This document shows positions 12,755 to 27,700 of a stretch of 64,000 bases of DNA, in pieces. Source of the stretch: Lytechinus pictus (taxonomy: Eukaryota). Under the pieces are notes generated by a model. It was not told the DNA's origin and searched no databases. It worked only from the letters and a program-made list of their open reading frames with translations. The position numbers were made by a program, and so were the translations under genes. The stretch spans positions 6,140,001 to 6,204,000 of the forward strand of contig NC_087250.1 in assembly GCF_037042905.1 (NCBI RefSeq), read 5' to 3'. Each line of letters starts with the position of its first letter. Positions within the stretch are counted from its first letter, which is position 1.

Positions 12755-15700
12755 GTATTAATATTATCGTTATTACCATAATCATCATCATGGATAGTAT
12801 AACTATTATTTGGCAGTAGTTGTAGAGTATAGTATTATAGTATCGTTTAATATTCAATTCAACTCCAGTTGACCACAAAGACTATACAGGCTACAGAATT
12901 GTACAATAACGGATACAATAATAATGATGAAAAAGTAGGATACAATAATGCATTATTCGAATTATAGCAATGTGTTTGAAGGTAATATAAATTTTTAAGG
13001 CTTGTCGAGAAAACTGCTCTAGAGAAAATTTGAAGTAAATTAGATTAGAAAGTAGAATATAATTCTTTGATTATATCTTTATCCATATTGATACAATGTA
13101 ATATTTGTGTGTGGCATATCAACAGAAAGGAAAGAAAAAAATCTACTTTTATCTATGCTCTTTGATATGATTACACATATTAAGATAATTCGGTGATGTT
13201 GGTTACATATCAATTGAAAAAAACGCATTCCATATTTCAATTCATTTAGAGCAATCTACCGATTCTTCAGATTGCTGTCCTCCGCGGTGATGCATCCCTA
13301 GTAGAGAAATTAATCTCTTATGGATGTGATCTCAACAATCAATCAACTGATGGTCAGACGTGTCTACATAAAGCCATTAAGTTATGCTACATGACTGAGA
13401 GGACTGTGAAGGAAACTGACACATTAAAAAAGGTGACGTTGGCATGCATATTTTGGAACAAATTACAGGAGTAAATGTAGAGTAAAAGTTTTTTTTTATT
13501 CTTGTTTCTTCTCCCCTCTTTTTCACCGATTGAAAACCGATGCAGCAGTGTTGATCTTGCCATCCGGTAACACACCCTTTCCCTTTGCGCATACATTCGT
13601 AATTCCGAAGTTTCGTTATTCCGAAGGTTCGGTTATTCCGAAGGTTCGTATTTACGAAGGTTCGTAATTCCGAATGTTCGTAATTCAGAAGGTTCGTTAA
13701 TCCGAAAACGAAAAAAGGTTCGTAATTCCGAAGGTTAGTTAGTCCGAAAACGAAACGAGGTTCGTAATTCCGAAGGTTCGTTAATCCGAAAACGAAAAAA
13801 GGTTCGTAATTCCGAAGATTCGTTAATCCGAAAACGAACCTTCGGAACAACGAACCTTATTTCGTTTTCGGATTAAGGAACCTTCGGAATAATGAACCTT
13901 ATTTCGTTTTCGGATTAACGAACCTTCGGAACATCGAACCTTATTTCGTTTTCGGATTATCGAACATCGGAAAAACGAACCTTCGGAATAACGCCACAAA
14001 TGTTCGGATTAACGAACCCTTTTACGTTTTCAGATTAACGAACATCGAGGTATAGGCAATTTACGTGTTTCGGAATTACGAACCTTCGGAATAAAGAACC
14101 TTCGGAATTACGAAGTGTAACCTTCACTTTGATATTATTAATGTATTCACCCACGAATTCCCTATTGTGCCACTACACAGTGGTTTGAAATTAACGTAAG
14201 AGAAGCATATGCATACCTCAGCAAAAGCTTATAACAAACTGTTTTTTGTTTATGCATATCTAATCAAATGATGAAAGTATAATAACATTACCTGGCGTAC
14301 TACTGAAAATTATTCTTAACAATTTCATGGTTTCAAGATGGAATAATCGGTTCTAGGACAACTACCCCCTGGACAATCACCCCCCGGACAACTACCCCCC
14401 GGACAATTACCCCCCGAGGACAATTACCCCCTGAGGACAACTACCCCCCGAGGACAATTACCCCCGGACAATTACCCCCCGGACAACTACCCCCCGGACA
14501 ATTACCCCCCGGACAATTACCCCCGGACAATTACCCCCCGGAAAATTACCCCCCGAACAACTACCCTCGGACAATTACCCCCCGTAAAATTACCCCCCGT
14601 AAAATTACCCCCCGGACAATTACCCCCCCCGACAATTACCCCCCGGACAACTACCCCGGACAACTACCCCCTGGACAACTACCCCCCCCCCCGACAATTT
14701 CCTTCAGAAAATCCCCCCTTCTCTCCAGCATCAATGTTAGAAATAAGCGGGACCCATTGTAAGTTTTGGTCGGTGGCACAGGTTTCCGAAATATTTTCTA
14801 CTTTACCTTACGTTAATAACTTTTTATTTCTCTTTTATATTGCTCTTTCTCCTGTTCTCTCACTTTCTTCTTTTATCTTTTTTTGTTTTTATTTAGCGGC
14901 GCCTTCTGCATCATGAAAAATGGGGGGATGGGGGGGGGGGGCTTGCACCCGAAACCTCCCGTTTGGCTATGCATATATACATCAGAAAATATGTAAACTG
15001 GCCCTCATTCTAAGTTTTCATAGAACAATTGAACACGATTAGTCATAATAATCACAAATGTTGAAGATCTCTGATTCCAACTGATCTGATTTTTTAAAAT
15101 ATTTATTTTGGGTTTAATTTCAGGAAAGAAATCAGGCAAATAGATAAAACGTAAAAAATACACCTTCATAGGTAGAAATATTGAAAGTCGATAACGCAAC
15201 TATCAACACTAACACTGTCAAGTAGACCTATAAATCTGTTATTTTAAAACAGTTCAACTAACAAGAAGCTAAGAATTATGAAACAATTGGTGCACATTCC
15301 AGATTAAGATGTGGCTTTATAACTTAATACAGAAAGCTAAAAAACTTTATGCAAAGATGATACACACAAGAACACCTTGTAATTTACAAGGTGATTTTGT
15401 GTGTATTATTATTGGGTGAAAGCAATTAAACATTAAAGAAGGAAATTAAGTACCAAATTTACTAAATTGTAAACAATATATATGACATAATCAAATACAG
15501 TGTTTTTATACAAATTGGCAATCGTGATAGTATACAATTCGTTTACGGTGCATTTTAAGGACGGTTTGTAAGAATTTATAAAGAAGTAGGCCTATGCAAA
15601 TCAAATAATGCGACCGAGCAGCGTGAGCTGAAAATATTAAAATTTAGACCATAAAATTGACATTTTACAGAGCACTTGAAAAATCGATTTGTAAATTTAA

Positions 15701-18700
15701 AAATAATGAAAGCTCGAAATGAAATATGTTTTGTATATTGACTTCGAAACTTGATATTTTAAGCTCCATATCAGCCTATATTGAGCAAGATATTAATCTC
15801 ATCGAAAAAGCAATGCGAGCGCGAAGCGCGAGCGGAAAATACTTGATATTCCGGTATGAAAATGGTGAATTTGAGCACTATCTAAAGCATTGTGTAGGGA
15901 AATTGTGAAGTGGATGTGGAAAGCACTTAATAAATGATGCGAGTATGAAGCGGGAGCTGATATCTTCATTATTATTTTGACCTAGGACCTGGACATTCTA
16001 GGTCTAAGGACATTTTGTCATCATATGAAAATGATAACAACTTTCTTATTCCTCTTCCTGAGCGCTATATGAATCATATGAAATTGTAATATTGTCGATA
16101 TTCTTTTCTGAAAAGGGACAATTTAGTCATTAAGAATTCATGAAAATTTTATCATCATATTTATTAATGTAATAAGCCTAAATGAGTGAGTAAAATGTGT
16201 TGACACTGAGGCCTGAAAACTGGATATTTTAAGCACTTTTGTAATCATGAATAGGATTTGTGAGTTGATATATTTTTTACAAAAATGCGAGCGCAAATAG
16301 TGAGACGAAATTTTTGGTAAACTGTCATAAAAGGGGGGTTTTAAGTAGTTTGTTATATAATTTGGCAAATCAAATAATGCGAGCGCATAGCGAAAGCTGC
16401 AAGTTATATTCACACCATAAAACGGACATTAAACAGAGCACTTAAAAATCAGTTTGTAAATCAAACAAAATAATGAATAATGTCCGAGCTGAAATATGCT
16501 TTGTAATATCGACTTCAAAACTTGATATTTTAAGCTACATATCAGCCTATTTAGCAAGATGTGTATCTCATCGAACAGGCTATGCGAGCGCGAGCAAAAA
16601 ACATTAATATAGTGACATGAAATATATTTTTTTATCATTTTTAAGTCATCCCCTGACCTTTTTTTTTACTCGTCTCCCTCCTCTTATTTTACCTCTTATT
16701 TTTTCTCCTTTCTTTCCCCTTTTTTTTTTTTCTTTCTTTCCCCCTTTTTTTCATTTTTTTGCTCTGCCGATAGGGGGGGGGGGCGGGCCCCTCGGCCCCC
16801 TGGATCCGCCTATGGATGGTGCTCAATTTTACAGCTTTCTTACGGCGTACGTTTGATTCCAAGATACTCGAGAATGCCTTGAGTACTTCTTACGTCAAAC
16901 GTACGGCCGACGTATGACTCTGTGCACTCCCCTTGTCTAGGGGGTAATTGTCCGGGGGGGTAGTTGTCCGGGGGTAATTGTCCTGGCGGTAATTGTCCGG
17001 GGGGTAGTTGTCCGGGGGGGGGGGAATTGTCCGGGGGGTAATTGTCCGGGGGTAGTTGTCCGGGGGGTAATTGTCCGGGGGGTAATTGTCCTCGGGGGGT
17101 AGTTGTCCTCAGGGGGTAATTGTCCGGGGGGTAATTGTCCGGGGGGTAATTGTTCTCGGGGGTAATTGTCCAGGGGGTAGTTGTCCGGGGGGTGATTGTC
17201 CAGGGGGTAGTTGTCCTGATACCGGAATAATCACTTTATGTGCTTTGCTGACATAGTTGATTCTGAATAAAAGCTGGACATATTTCCAAGGTCACTTGCA
17301 AATCTCTAGATCAAGACCTGAGGAAGAAAGTTTACATCAACAACCTTAGGAATGGCTAAGTAATTCATCTGCACAGAAAGAGCATTCTCTTGACTTTTGT
17401 TTGAACCTAGCCCAGACAGGAAATTGAGTTTCGTGGTATTCTGTTACAGATATCCAATGAATACTACAATGGTGTTTTACCTTCTGAGAAGGCTTTGGTG
17501 TTCTATCTTCTTGACAATGGAGCCAGATTAGATATAAGGGACGATACAGGCAATCTACCAATCCACTATGCTAAGGATCCAGTAATCAATCAGATGATCT
17601 TGCTAAGGTTGTATACTTTGATAGGCACTGGGTTTTAATCTATTGAACTGATAGTTAAATGTTTTAATATAAATTCTGAGATGTATTATGAGGGTCAGTG
17701 AAAATGTACTTTGGGCTTTCTATTGATATCAATTTGATTTTTTTTTCGTGAAAATATCAATACGGACTTCTTTCAGCTTCCACAAATCCACTAGGGGCCC
17801 ACTTTCATTTCGAAATCTATACGGTATCCAAATCTCAGCAAATTGTTAATTTTCTTTTACAGAAGTTGAAGCATTGTCGTTTTTAAGATTTGTAAATTTG
17901 ATAATTTAATGAAATGAATCAACTGATTACAATAGATGAAGTTAGTTAGATCGATCCTAAAGTATACATGAATGTTATTCATCTTATTGGAAATTGCCAG
18001 TGACGTTGTAATAAATTCAATTCATCTTATTTTTTAGGTCACCTATAGAGGATATCGAATATTCAGGAGGTAAGATTTGACATTTCAGACATCTATTTTT
18101 GTTCCTCATTAAATCATTAACCACCTAAATTTTGCATTGAAATTTGTTTTTTGTCACCATGACAAATCTTTCCATCTCCAGCGATTACAAATGTTCTTTA
18201 CAATTTGTTTCTTCAGATTATTGTCGATTTCAAGTTAGTAAAGGTGTTGATACTAGTCCCAAACGTGAACACATGAAAAGGACAAAGTTCATTATAAAAC
18301 AATTGTATCTAAAATTGGTCCAACAATAAATATTGATGCTTGCAGAGCTATAATTCATCGTATTTATTGCGGATATTTTTGTTTTTATAGGTAATTTTTA
18401 TCTATATTGTTAACATCTAATTTGATATTGCAATGGCATTTTATCATCTTTTAAAATTAAACAATAGATGCACGACCAAGCCGTGGTAATATTTCTGTGG
18501 AAGTTGAGTCAACTATCGACCGAAAAATTGATCTAGAAGACCATGGCGTGTCAATCTTTATTCCTCCTGGCGCTATTCGTCATGATCACACGGGACTGAT
18601 CACCCTCACTCTCTTGCGAGAGCCACCAATTGTCAACCTTCAAGAAGATGAATCAGTGGCTTGCTATGGAATCAGATGTGATCCTCCACATATGATTTTC

Positions 18701-21700
18701 CAGCATCCTGTTAAGATCAGGATACCTCACTGTTCAGTGGTCATTAATCCAGATCAAATGAACCCAGACATCGTTTCTCGTGTATGGGATTCAGTAAAGG
18801 GTAATATGTTATAATTTTATGTATTACATTCCATGCATAATGTCAGCATGTTGAATATTATTTGTCTCAGTCATCCCTGGTCACCCTTTTTTTTAACAAC
18901 CGTCAAATCATTTTCATTATAATTATCAAAATCACGACGAGAATCTCCCGCCAACTCAACTTACATCCTTAACCTTTTTTTGTCCCTTCATAAATCTAGA
19001 CCTACCAGTAACTTCGCGAAGAAGAACATCCAACTCATCTGACGAGCCACCATACTGCAAAGTGTACAAGAGACACCTCGAGCTGTATGTCTCCCAATGT
19101 GCTGATTGGTGGGTACTTATTCCTCTAGAACAACAGGTGATCCGACAGAAACTTCTATGCTCTCCATACATCCCTGACAGGATAGAGAGAGGACAGGATG
19201 TTGACATTCATCTTCATGTTCATGCCAACCTACCAGGGATGGAAGAGGTAAGGGACATCAGTTGCATAGGAGAGATGGTTTTGAAGTGTATTGTCAGTGT
19301 GTGTGAGGGTGAATCGGAGGGTGTGCGAGAGGGTGTGTGTGTGTGTGAGAGAGAGAGAGAGTGTGAACGAGGGAATGTTCATGTCAGTGTGACAGAAGGA
19401 ATAACGGTCAATAAAAAAAAACGTTTGCTCTCGGAATTCGAAAAAGTCAATCTGTGCTTATTGCTCGACTGTCCGGGGTAGGGGAACAATAGATGAACAA
19501 CGGTTATTTCCTCGAAAATAAACCAGTTTAAGGTCTGTGTGCTTCAGTGTTTGCTAACGTATCGCCAACTCAAGGTGATAGGACTAAGAATATAATATTC
19601 CTCCCATTTTTATTAACTGGTCCCATGTAATCTTATTTGAAATAGCAATTGCTTGAGATATAGGGAGGTGTACCCCCTTGCTTTTTCGGAAATGCCATTA
19701 TATTATTATTCTTCTAAAATATGAGACAAATTTCCTCTTTGGGTCAAATTATTTAATGTATTTTTCAAGGAAATCAGAAAATTACGTTGAATATGGAATA
19801 ATGAAATGATTAGGCAATTTCCTAGACCAACGGCGTATATAGAAGATTGACAACAGTTCAGATTGTTTATCAAAGGCCGGCATTATATTTCAGTCTAATG
19901 TGTAACTTTATTGGCCAATCACTTATTGTCTTCCTATTATCCCTATTTCTTATATCAAATGGTATTTTGAGTCCGATGTCTCTAGACTTATCGCATAATA
20001 CACAAGTATTCAGTGAGTCTATAACTCTTTATTTCACAGGAAATTAAAAGGCAGGAGGAAAAACGGTTGTACAGGAAGGCTCATCCTTCAGTTCCAATCA
20101 ACATTGCGACAAAATCGAGTGATGTTAGTGTGGCGTCCTTTCGTGATGATGGAAATGAAAGCAGCAGAGTAAGCAATTAGAAGGGATTTTCTTTGTCGAA
20201 GTGTTAATAGGTTGGTGATACACATACACCGAAAGTGAACTAAAGCCGGCTTATGTGTATCACCTTCTTTTTTGAAAGTCGGTCCTTTGGATGTGGTTTG
20301 AAGCCGACATCAGTCCTATTGGATGTGTATCACCCCAAGTGGACTCAGACTGGTTTGACCGTCGGACTTTGCTTGACCAACATTGTAAAATTTTGATATG
20401 AATATTCATAAGACTTGTGTCACATAAATAGTCGATGTGAAGCCGGTTTATTTCTACCTGGGAGAACATTGGCGAACAGAAACGTAGTGGGAAAAAATAA
20501 ATTATTGTTCATTATAAAGTTATATTATAATTATGTTATGTTATATTACATTAAAAAAACATTTTGTCATAACTTTATGAAACACCATTTGCTCGGGGCC
20601 AATGTCTTCATTGTTCCTGATGCACACATTGTCTATTTAACGAGATTTATAATCCTGTTGTGCTAAAACCTCCCGTTTTCAAGTCAATATACATCAAATG
20701 TATTTCATCGCACTTCGAACAATGATTGTTTTATGTAGTGACATATGCTTCTTTATCTTGACTACTTAAAGTGATTGCCCCATTTTCAGTTCTTAATATA
20801 AAACATTTCCTGTCCGTGCTTACGTTCGCATTAGTGGATTGGTGAGAAAAGTCTGCTCTTCATGAATTCCTGAAATCAGTCCTTAAAATATGTCCCTTTT
20901 TCTTATCTGAATATCAAAATTTGCGCTAGCATCATTTGGTGAGTGAAATACGTATGGTCTTCGTAAATTCCTACAAACAAGCCTAACAATGCCCCTTTTC
21001 AGGTCTGAACTTCCGAAATATTTGATCAGTGAGATGCGTATGATAATCAAGATTACAATGACTACAAGAAGTGCTTCATGTCTTTAGATATAATTCTAAC
21101 AAAATAAGCACGCGCTTGGCACTCGCGTTAAATGAATATCGTGAGATATGTGTACTCTTTATGGATTCCTTAAAAAATAGTCCTTAAAATATACCTGTTT
21201 GGGGTCAATATATACACAAATGTTTTTTTAGCGAGACAGTTGCGTATCATGATTACAAAAACTTGCTTATTATGAAATTTCAGCTTGCACTTCGCGCTCG
21301 CATTATGTGATCAGTAAGAAACATATCCGTTTAATGGTACTGTCCTTAAAATGTCTTTCTTAGGTCAGTATACTGGCAACTGAGAGCGCTTTGCGCGCTC
21401 ACTAAGTGACTCAGAATTTTTGCTGGTGCCCCCCAATGCCGTGACCCACGGTACGCCACTGGGTGTTATAATATTCATCATCATAGCTGTTATCTAATCG
21501 TTGCAAATTTGAAAATCATGGTAGGCACAAGAGACCTTGCTTCCTTTGCGCTGCACTTTTTTATGTTTTCATTGTTGAACCACACGTGTAAAAATCGAGC
21601 AAAGAACCAATTATTTTTTTAAGGAAAGGATCGAGGCAACAACCCCTCAAGAAGTTTCCAACCAGTATGTCCTTGTACAAATCCATGTGTTTTTCTTAAT

Positions 21701-24700
21701 ACTTTGATTGAATTAAGACTTCATTCTGATAACAAACTACAGGTTCTTCTCTTAAAAGACATTCAAAGCAAACTGAAACACATGATCGTTCTACCAATGA
21801 CATCACGTGATGAGGATCAAGATTTCCCGGTTACTATCATGATAACGCAGAGTGGAAAAAACGATATTTCAATATCTCTTGCCTTTGTCATCAGATGTTC
21901 AGGTAAAATGCATACTGTCTGCTTTATGATAATTGATTGTTTTCGACATGTAATTGTTTCTAGTCTATGATGAAGACTGATAAAACCTGGAAAACCACAG
22001 GTACGGTCAATAGCCCAGCCTTTAACATTAAATCTTAGAACATTGCTAAACTTTCAATAAAATAAAGGGAATCTCATTATCTATGATGAAGACTACATAA
22101 AATAAACCTGGAAAACGTGATAGTATGAAATCAAGCCACAGGTACGGCCATTAGTTCAGTCTTTGGCATTGAATCTTAGAACATTGCTAGACTTTCAATA
22201 AAATAATGAGAATCTGAATAATCCGCAAAGAGCTTGGTGTCGTGACGTCGTACACATCTATTACACACAATCATTATCATGTTTTAACAGAAATATGACG
22301 CAGTATACTGTTTATATGTATGTCCTTTACCACAATTAACTGCAAAATAAAATCAGTTTCTGTTTGTTTATGTATTCAATATTCGAAATATATGATTCGT
22401 TTTAACATGTGAATCAGGTTACCCAACCAACCTTATTAAAAAAATGAAATCTCAATCTTGTGTCTGGTGTTACCGTGCTGACGACGCAATACGCCAATAG
22501 TGTATTTTTTTTAATTATCGTCCTAGTGACCAAGTTCTATAATATTTGAATTCATATTTATTTCGACAGGTGAACCTGGGACCGAGCATTCATTACAACC
22601 TTTCTCTTTCGCCCCGTAAGTTATACGTTTAACATTTGTTATCTTCATACACCTCACTGCAAAACCTAAAGAAAATGGTGAATGTTAAATCATAGATTCG
22701 ATATCTATTTCATTGATGAACGAAAACCGGCTTCAGATGTGCCTTCGTATCCATATATTTATTAAACTATTTGCTATGCAATTAATGTCTACCTTGGCTG
22801 GTGGGGCTCACCGTCATGGAAGTGCCAAAGATGCCCCCACTGCACATAAAAAACCAACTAAGAACTGATTTACATTTGACCTACAGTACAATTTTTTATT
22901 TCATATATCGTGTTTTTAGGGTAGCTGACGAAGTCTCAAGGAGTGACCTCCAGGATATTGATGTCCAGTCCATTGCTGACAAGATGACGGTAGATCAGTA
23001 CTATGATTTAGGAGTTGCTCTTGGGTTCCGAATTCAACAGTTAGACGTGATGGAACACAATCGGTCCCGAGACAGGCAGCAGGCCTTCTTTGACATGCTA
23101 AATAAATGGCGACAAACGCAACCCTCTGGTCAAGAAGCAAAGGAAATCTTGCTTTCACTCATGAAATCCTTGGAGTCATCTATCAAAGATCTAGAATTAG
23201 GTTTGCTCTCTATTAACTTAGTAATATGTCATTTTATTTTTCGTTCAATATTTGTGGAAATTTTGAAAATGCACGAATTCAATAAAAAAAAATCATTCAA
23301 CACTCGTTATTGCTTATCACATTATGTTCATATTTTTCTACATCTTGTTTATATATTATGATAAACATATGAATTTAAATCTTGAATTTGTAATCTTCGT
23401 TTCTTACTACGTTACAGATCGGATAACGCATGGCAAAATCCCTGTCACGTACTCATCAATAAAGCGCTAAACAGTGCGTCCCACAAAAACCGAAACCGAG
23501 ATTTATCGATGATTTATCATAACTTAATCACAAATACGATAGACAAATGACCTATCATTGTAAAGCTTATAATCTCCTCTGTCATCTGAAATTACTTAGA
23601 TTATTTCTCATTCACATATGAATGAGCAAAAACAATTTGAAGAGGGGATACCAAAAAGTCATTTGGCGGGCTGTATCTTGGTTTCAAAAAGAAAATCACA
23701 TTAAAAAATAATTCAATATCTGCTCTTTTATTTGATACCTCAATCACAGAAAATGGTCGAAAAATAAGAAAGTTATGGTTATTTGAAATAAGGCTTGAAT
23801 TTCAATAATTTCATAAAATCATGGACCTACCAGAGGTTCTACAGGCTAGCGTTCAAATTCACTTGACACTCCGTTTTGTTGACGATCAGCCATGCATTAA
23901 GTCTTTTGTTAACCATGCGATATAATAGCTTCTGTCGGAAAACGGTGAAAACACGTTTATTTATTGAAATTATTGCAATACAAGCATTGTTTCGAGGGAA
24001 CATAACTTTTTTTACTTCGTGACCATTTTTTGTGATTAAGGTATCAAATAAAAGAGCAGATATTGAACTTTTTAGGCATGTGATTTTCTTTTTGAGATTC
24101 AGATACCCCCGCAAAATGAGTTTTTGGTATCCTTTGTTCAAATTGTTTTTGCTAACTCATGCGTGAATGCGGAATAATCTAAGTAATATCAGATGAAAGA
24201 GGAGATTCTAAGCTTTACATTGGTAGGTCATTTGTCTATTGCATTTGTGATTAAGTTATGATAAATCATCGCTTACTCTCGGTTTCGTTTTTTTTTTCTG
24301 GGACGCACTGTATAATTCAATACCTCTGCTCTAACAAAATCCACCAATGCCCAAATTCAATTTCAGAGACATACCAGGCACGTTTGACGTTGGAACAAAA
24401 TTATTTTATCACACTATGCCTAGTAACCACAAATGAATCAAACCTCTAACCCTTCCAATTTTTTTCCAACATGTACCTTCTTATTTGGATTCATCTACAT
24501 CTAGAAGATATCTCCTCTGTTAGGTGAGTCAATGATGATTTGGTCTAGTCTTGTTGCTACAACCATTTGATAATACTGTCATTCGATCGATGGAGAGAAT
24601 CGCAAATAAAACAATCGATGTAGCTTTGCCATCAAAGAACAAATGAAAATTAGTTTTACAATGAAAACAAAGACACTTTGGATATTATGTTACGGCATTA

Positions 24701-27700
24701 ATAAAGAGGAAATTTGATATATCAGGAACATAAACGAAAATGGTACCTGATAGAGATATATACAAGATATACAAGATACAAGATATTTATTTTGTCTTCG
24801 CAAACATGATTACAAATGCCCGTATTCTGAAGTCGAGTTTAACTTAAACTCAGGTTTAAAGTTGTGGTTTATGTATGGATAGCCAATTGTTACATAAATC
24901 ACTAACGGTAGAGATATCGTATTTCAAATCATTCATAATTGTCTAGGAAGTATACATAAATATTTATTTGTCTTCATCATCGATTAATCAGGAAAGAGCA
25001 CAGTAAACATAAGAAATATACAACTTCATAGAAATTTTGACACTTTTGGCTTTCCATAATTTTAGCAAAGACTTAGACCATGGTCTAAGTTAAACCTGAC
25101 TTCAGAATATGGGCCAAAGAAATTTGTTTTCCACTGGTGTAACATTACACTAGACATGCATGAACTGAATAAAACATATAAGTTACTCAGGTTTGAAGCA
25201 GATACAATCAAACATTTTACAAAACTTTGAGTCGTCCAGAATACTTATCATAATTATTATTAACATTATTATTAATATTATTGTTATCATTATTATTATT
25301 ATCACTACTATTACTTTTATATTATTATTAACATGAAACTTTCCGGGATATCAGTACATCAGTGTCATCATTTCGCTGGGAACAGAAGTTTATTTAGCGT
25401 TGAGCTTGTGATGAATTTGTGTACATACCACAATCACATGTGCATTTAATGTTTTTTATTAGATTTTTTGATGTATTCTTCTTGAAAAAAAATATTCCCT
25501 TCACCTTCAACAGTGAAATCTCGGACAAGTTTCTTGTCGAATTCTCCCGGAAGATCAAAGGAAACACGTTCTTTGTGATCGGACAAAAGCTTGGTCTAAC
25601 CAAAAGAGAGCTTGACCACATTCAGCATTGGAACATGTTTAATAGGAGAGATGCTAATGTTCAAATGCTTTCTAAGTGGAAAGCATCCCAAACTTCAGAA
25701 GATGAAGCTGTGAAGGTATTGAAACGTGTTTGGCAGTCTGTCCAGTCAGCTAGAACGGTGAAGAATGAAGAAGGCAAGATAAACAAAGATTTGATAGCTT
25801 AATGTTAAACAATACTCTAAAAATACCTTAAGACAATATTGACTCTGGAAAAGAATTATAATACTACGTGGATTCAATTCAAACAATATAATGTACCCAA
25901 TGGCTATAAAGGAATACCATTATTTAGTTTTTATTCACATTTCTGGTAATCATGCATTTATATTCCTTTTCAGATGAAGATGTTTCACATCAACCAAAGC
26001 CAATTCATGTGAAAAGGACCATTTCAGAAGAAACTCATAGTGAGCCTGAGATCTTCGAGTCGATTTTCAATATAGGTGTAGGTAAGAATAGCTTTATGAT
26101 TGTAGCTATTAATACTGGCATCGCTGTAAGTGTTACAATTATGATTTATTATTATCATTATCTTTTTAGTTGTTTAAATATTGCATTAGCAACCAAAAAA
26201 TAAAAATAATAAATACAGAAAAAAAATCATAATTAGAAATATAAAAAACAAAACGACTTGAACAAAATGTTCAAGCCTAACCGTACTATTAATGCAAAAA
26301 TTATATTGTTAGAATTCAACAGAATAATGGAAAAATACACGCAAAAGTTTAAGTGATGGTAACGAGAAAGAATATAATTCATCCAATTGAGAAAAAAAAT
26401 ATGACAAAAAAGGATAATTGGAAAAAAACCTCACTTTTTATAATAATAATATACAAAGTCATATTTTAGCATAACCAGGACAATAAAACATCTATAGTAC
26501 ATTAATTGTATAATGTGAAGAAAAACAATCTTGCGGCCATTTGAAATGAGTTAAAAAAGGACCATCCCCGTAAACGTCCTTGCTTTGATTTTGAGCGTCA
26601 CATGTTGTCATAAATGTATTTACACGAACAATGACACACCAATATTGAATTCAATTCAAGTGAACTTATTTTTTTTTTCCAATTAACATTTCATAATTTG
26701 TTCATATAAATTATACATATACAAATACATGCGAATGGTTCGTCTGACATGTCTGAACATAGCCCAAAGATTAAACGAATTTAATCAAATATCCTTGTCG
26801 GTGTACTTTCTGACACAACTTTACGTGAATTGAAATTACATGCATAATCATAGATGACAGTTCAAGTAGAAGCTCAGAGACGCAAAACTCAGAGTATCTT
26901 GAGGACCTCCAGCTACATGGTGGGCAACCAGAAGAAGAAGATATTAGTCCAGGATAGGCCCCATAGAGAATTGACCAAACCTTGTTTTTTTATATATACA
27001 ATATTTTTTGATGGTTTCTTGTCAATTCGAGGGTGCTGATTACGAATCTGGATGATGCCACTCGTGTAACCTTGAGCATTTTCCGCAATTTGGCAAAATC
27101 CAATATGGCCGCCAAAATATGCAAATTACCCATGAAAATCATAAAATTGTCCGCCCATTGGCTATGAAATGCATGAAATTGTGTGGCAGGAGTGAAATAC
27201 TCTCTGAAAAAATAATTTTTGACAAAATATTTATTTTCCTGATATTCAAAATGGCCGCCATATGCCATTCTATACTCTATTATGTACAATATGAATAGGG
27301 AAAACTAATTTTCACACAAATGAGCACTAAACTGCAAAAATCGCGATGTATGAACGAAGTAATATATGCAAATCATCATTACTAACGAGATATATCATTT
27401 ATCATGTCATATATGAGAACATTGCTGTATTTTGATGTCTAAAATAGCCACCACTGGCCCAAAGAGTATTATGTACAATGGCAATCATAATATGGCCGGG
27501 GCCAAAAAAATGACAAGAGTGAGCACTAAAATGCATATTATTAAGATAAACGAGTGGAATACTGACTAAAAACATAATTGTTAAAATGCCATTTATGTGA
27601 TAAATGCTGTATTTTGAAATTCAAAATGGCTGCCATAGGCCCTATATTTATCATGTACATTGCGAATGGAGAAACTAATTTTCACACGAGTAAGAAAAAT

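Noticed and set aside
13377..13850. 157-aa minus-strand repetitive ORF; CRISPR-like look of the 16-bp repeats
   Set aside because: Translation of a foldback minisatellite. There are no unique spacers or cas genes, and the context is eukaryotic.
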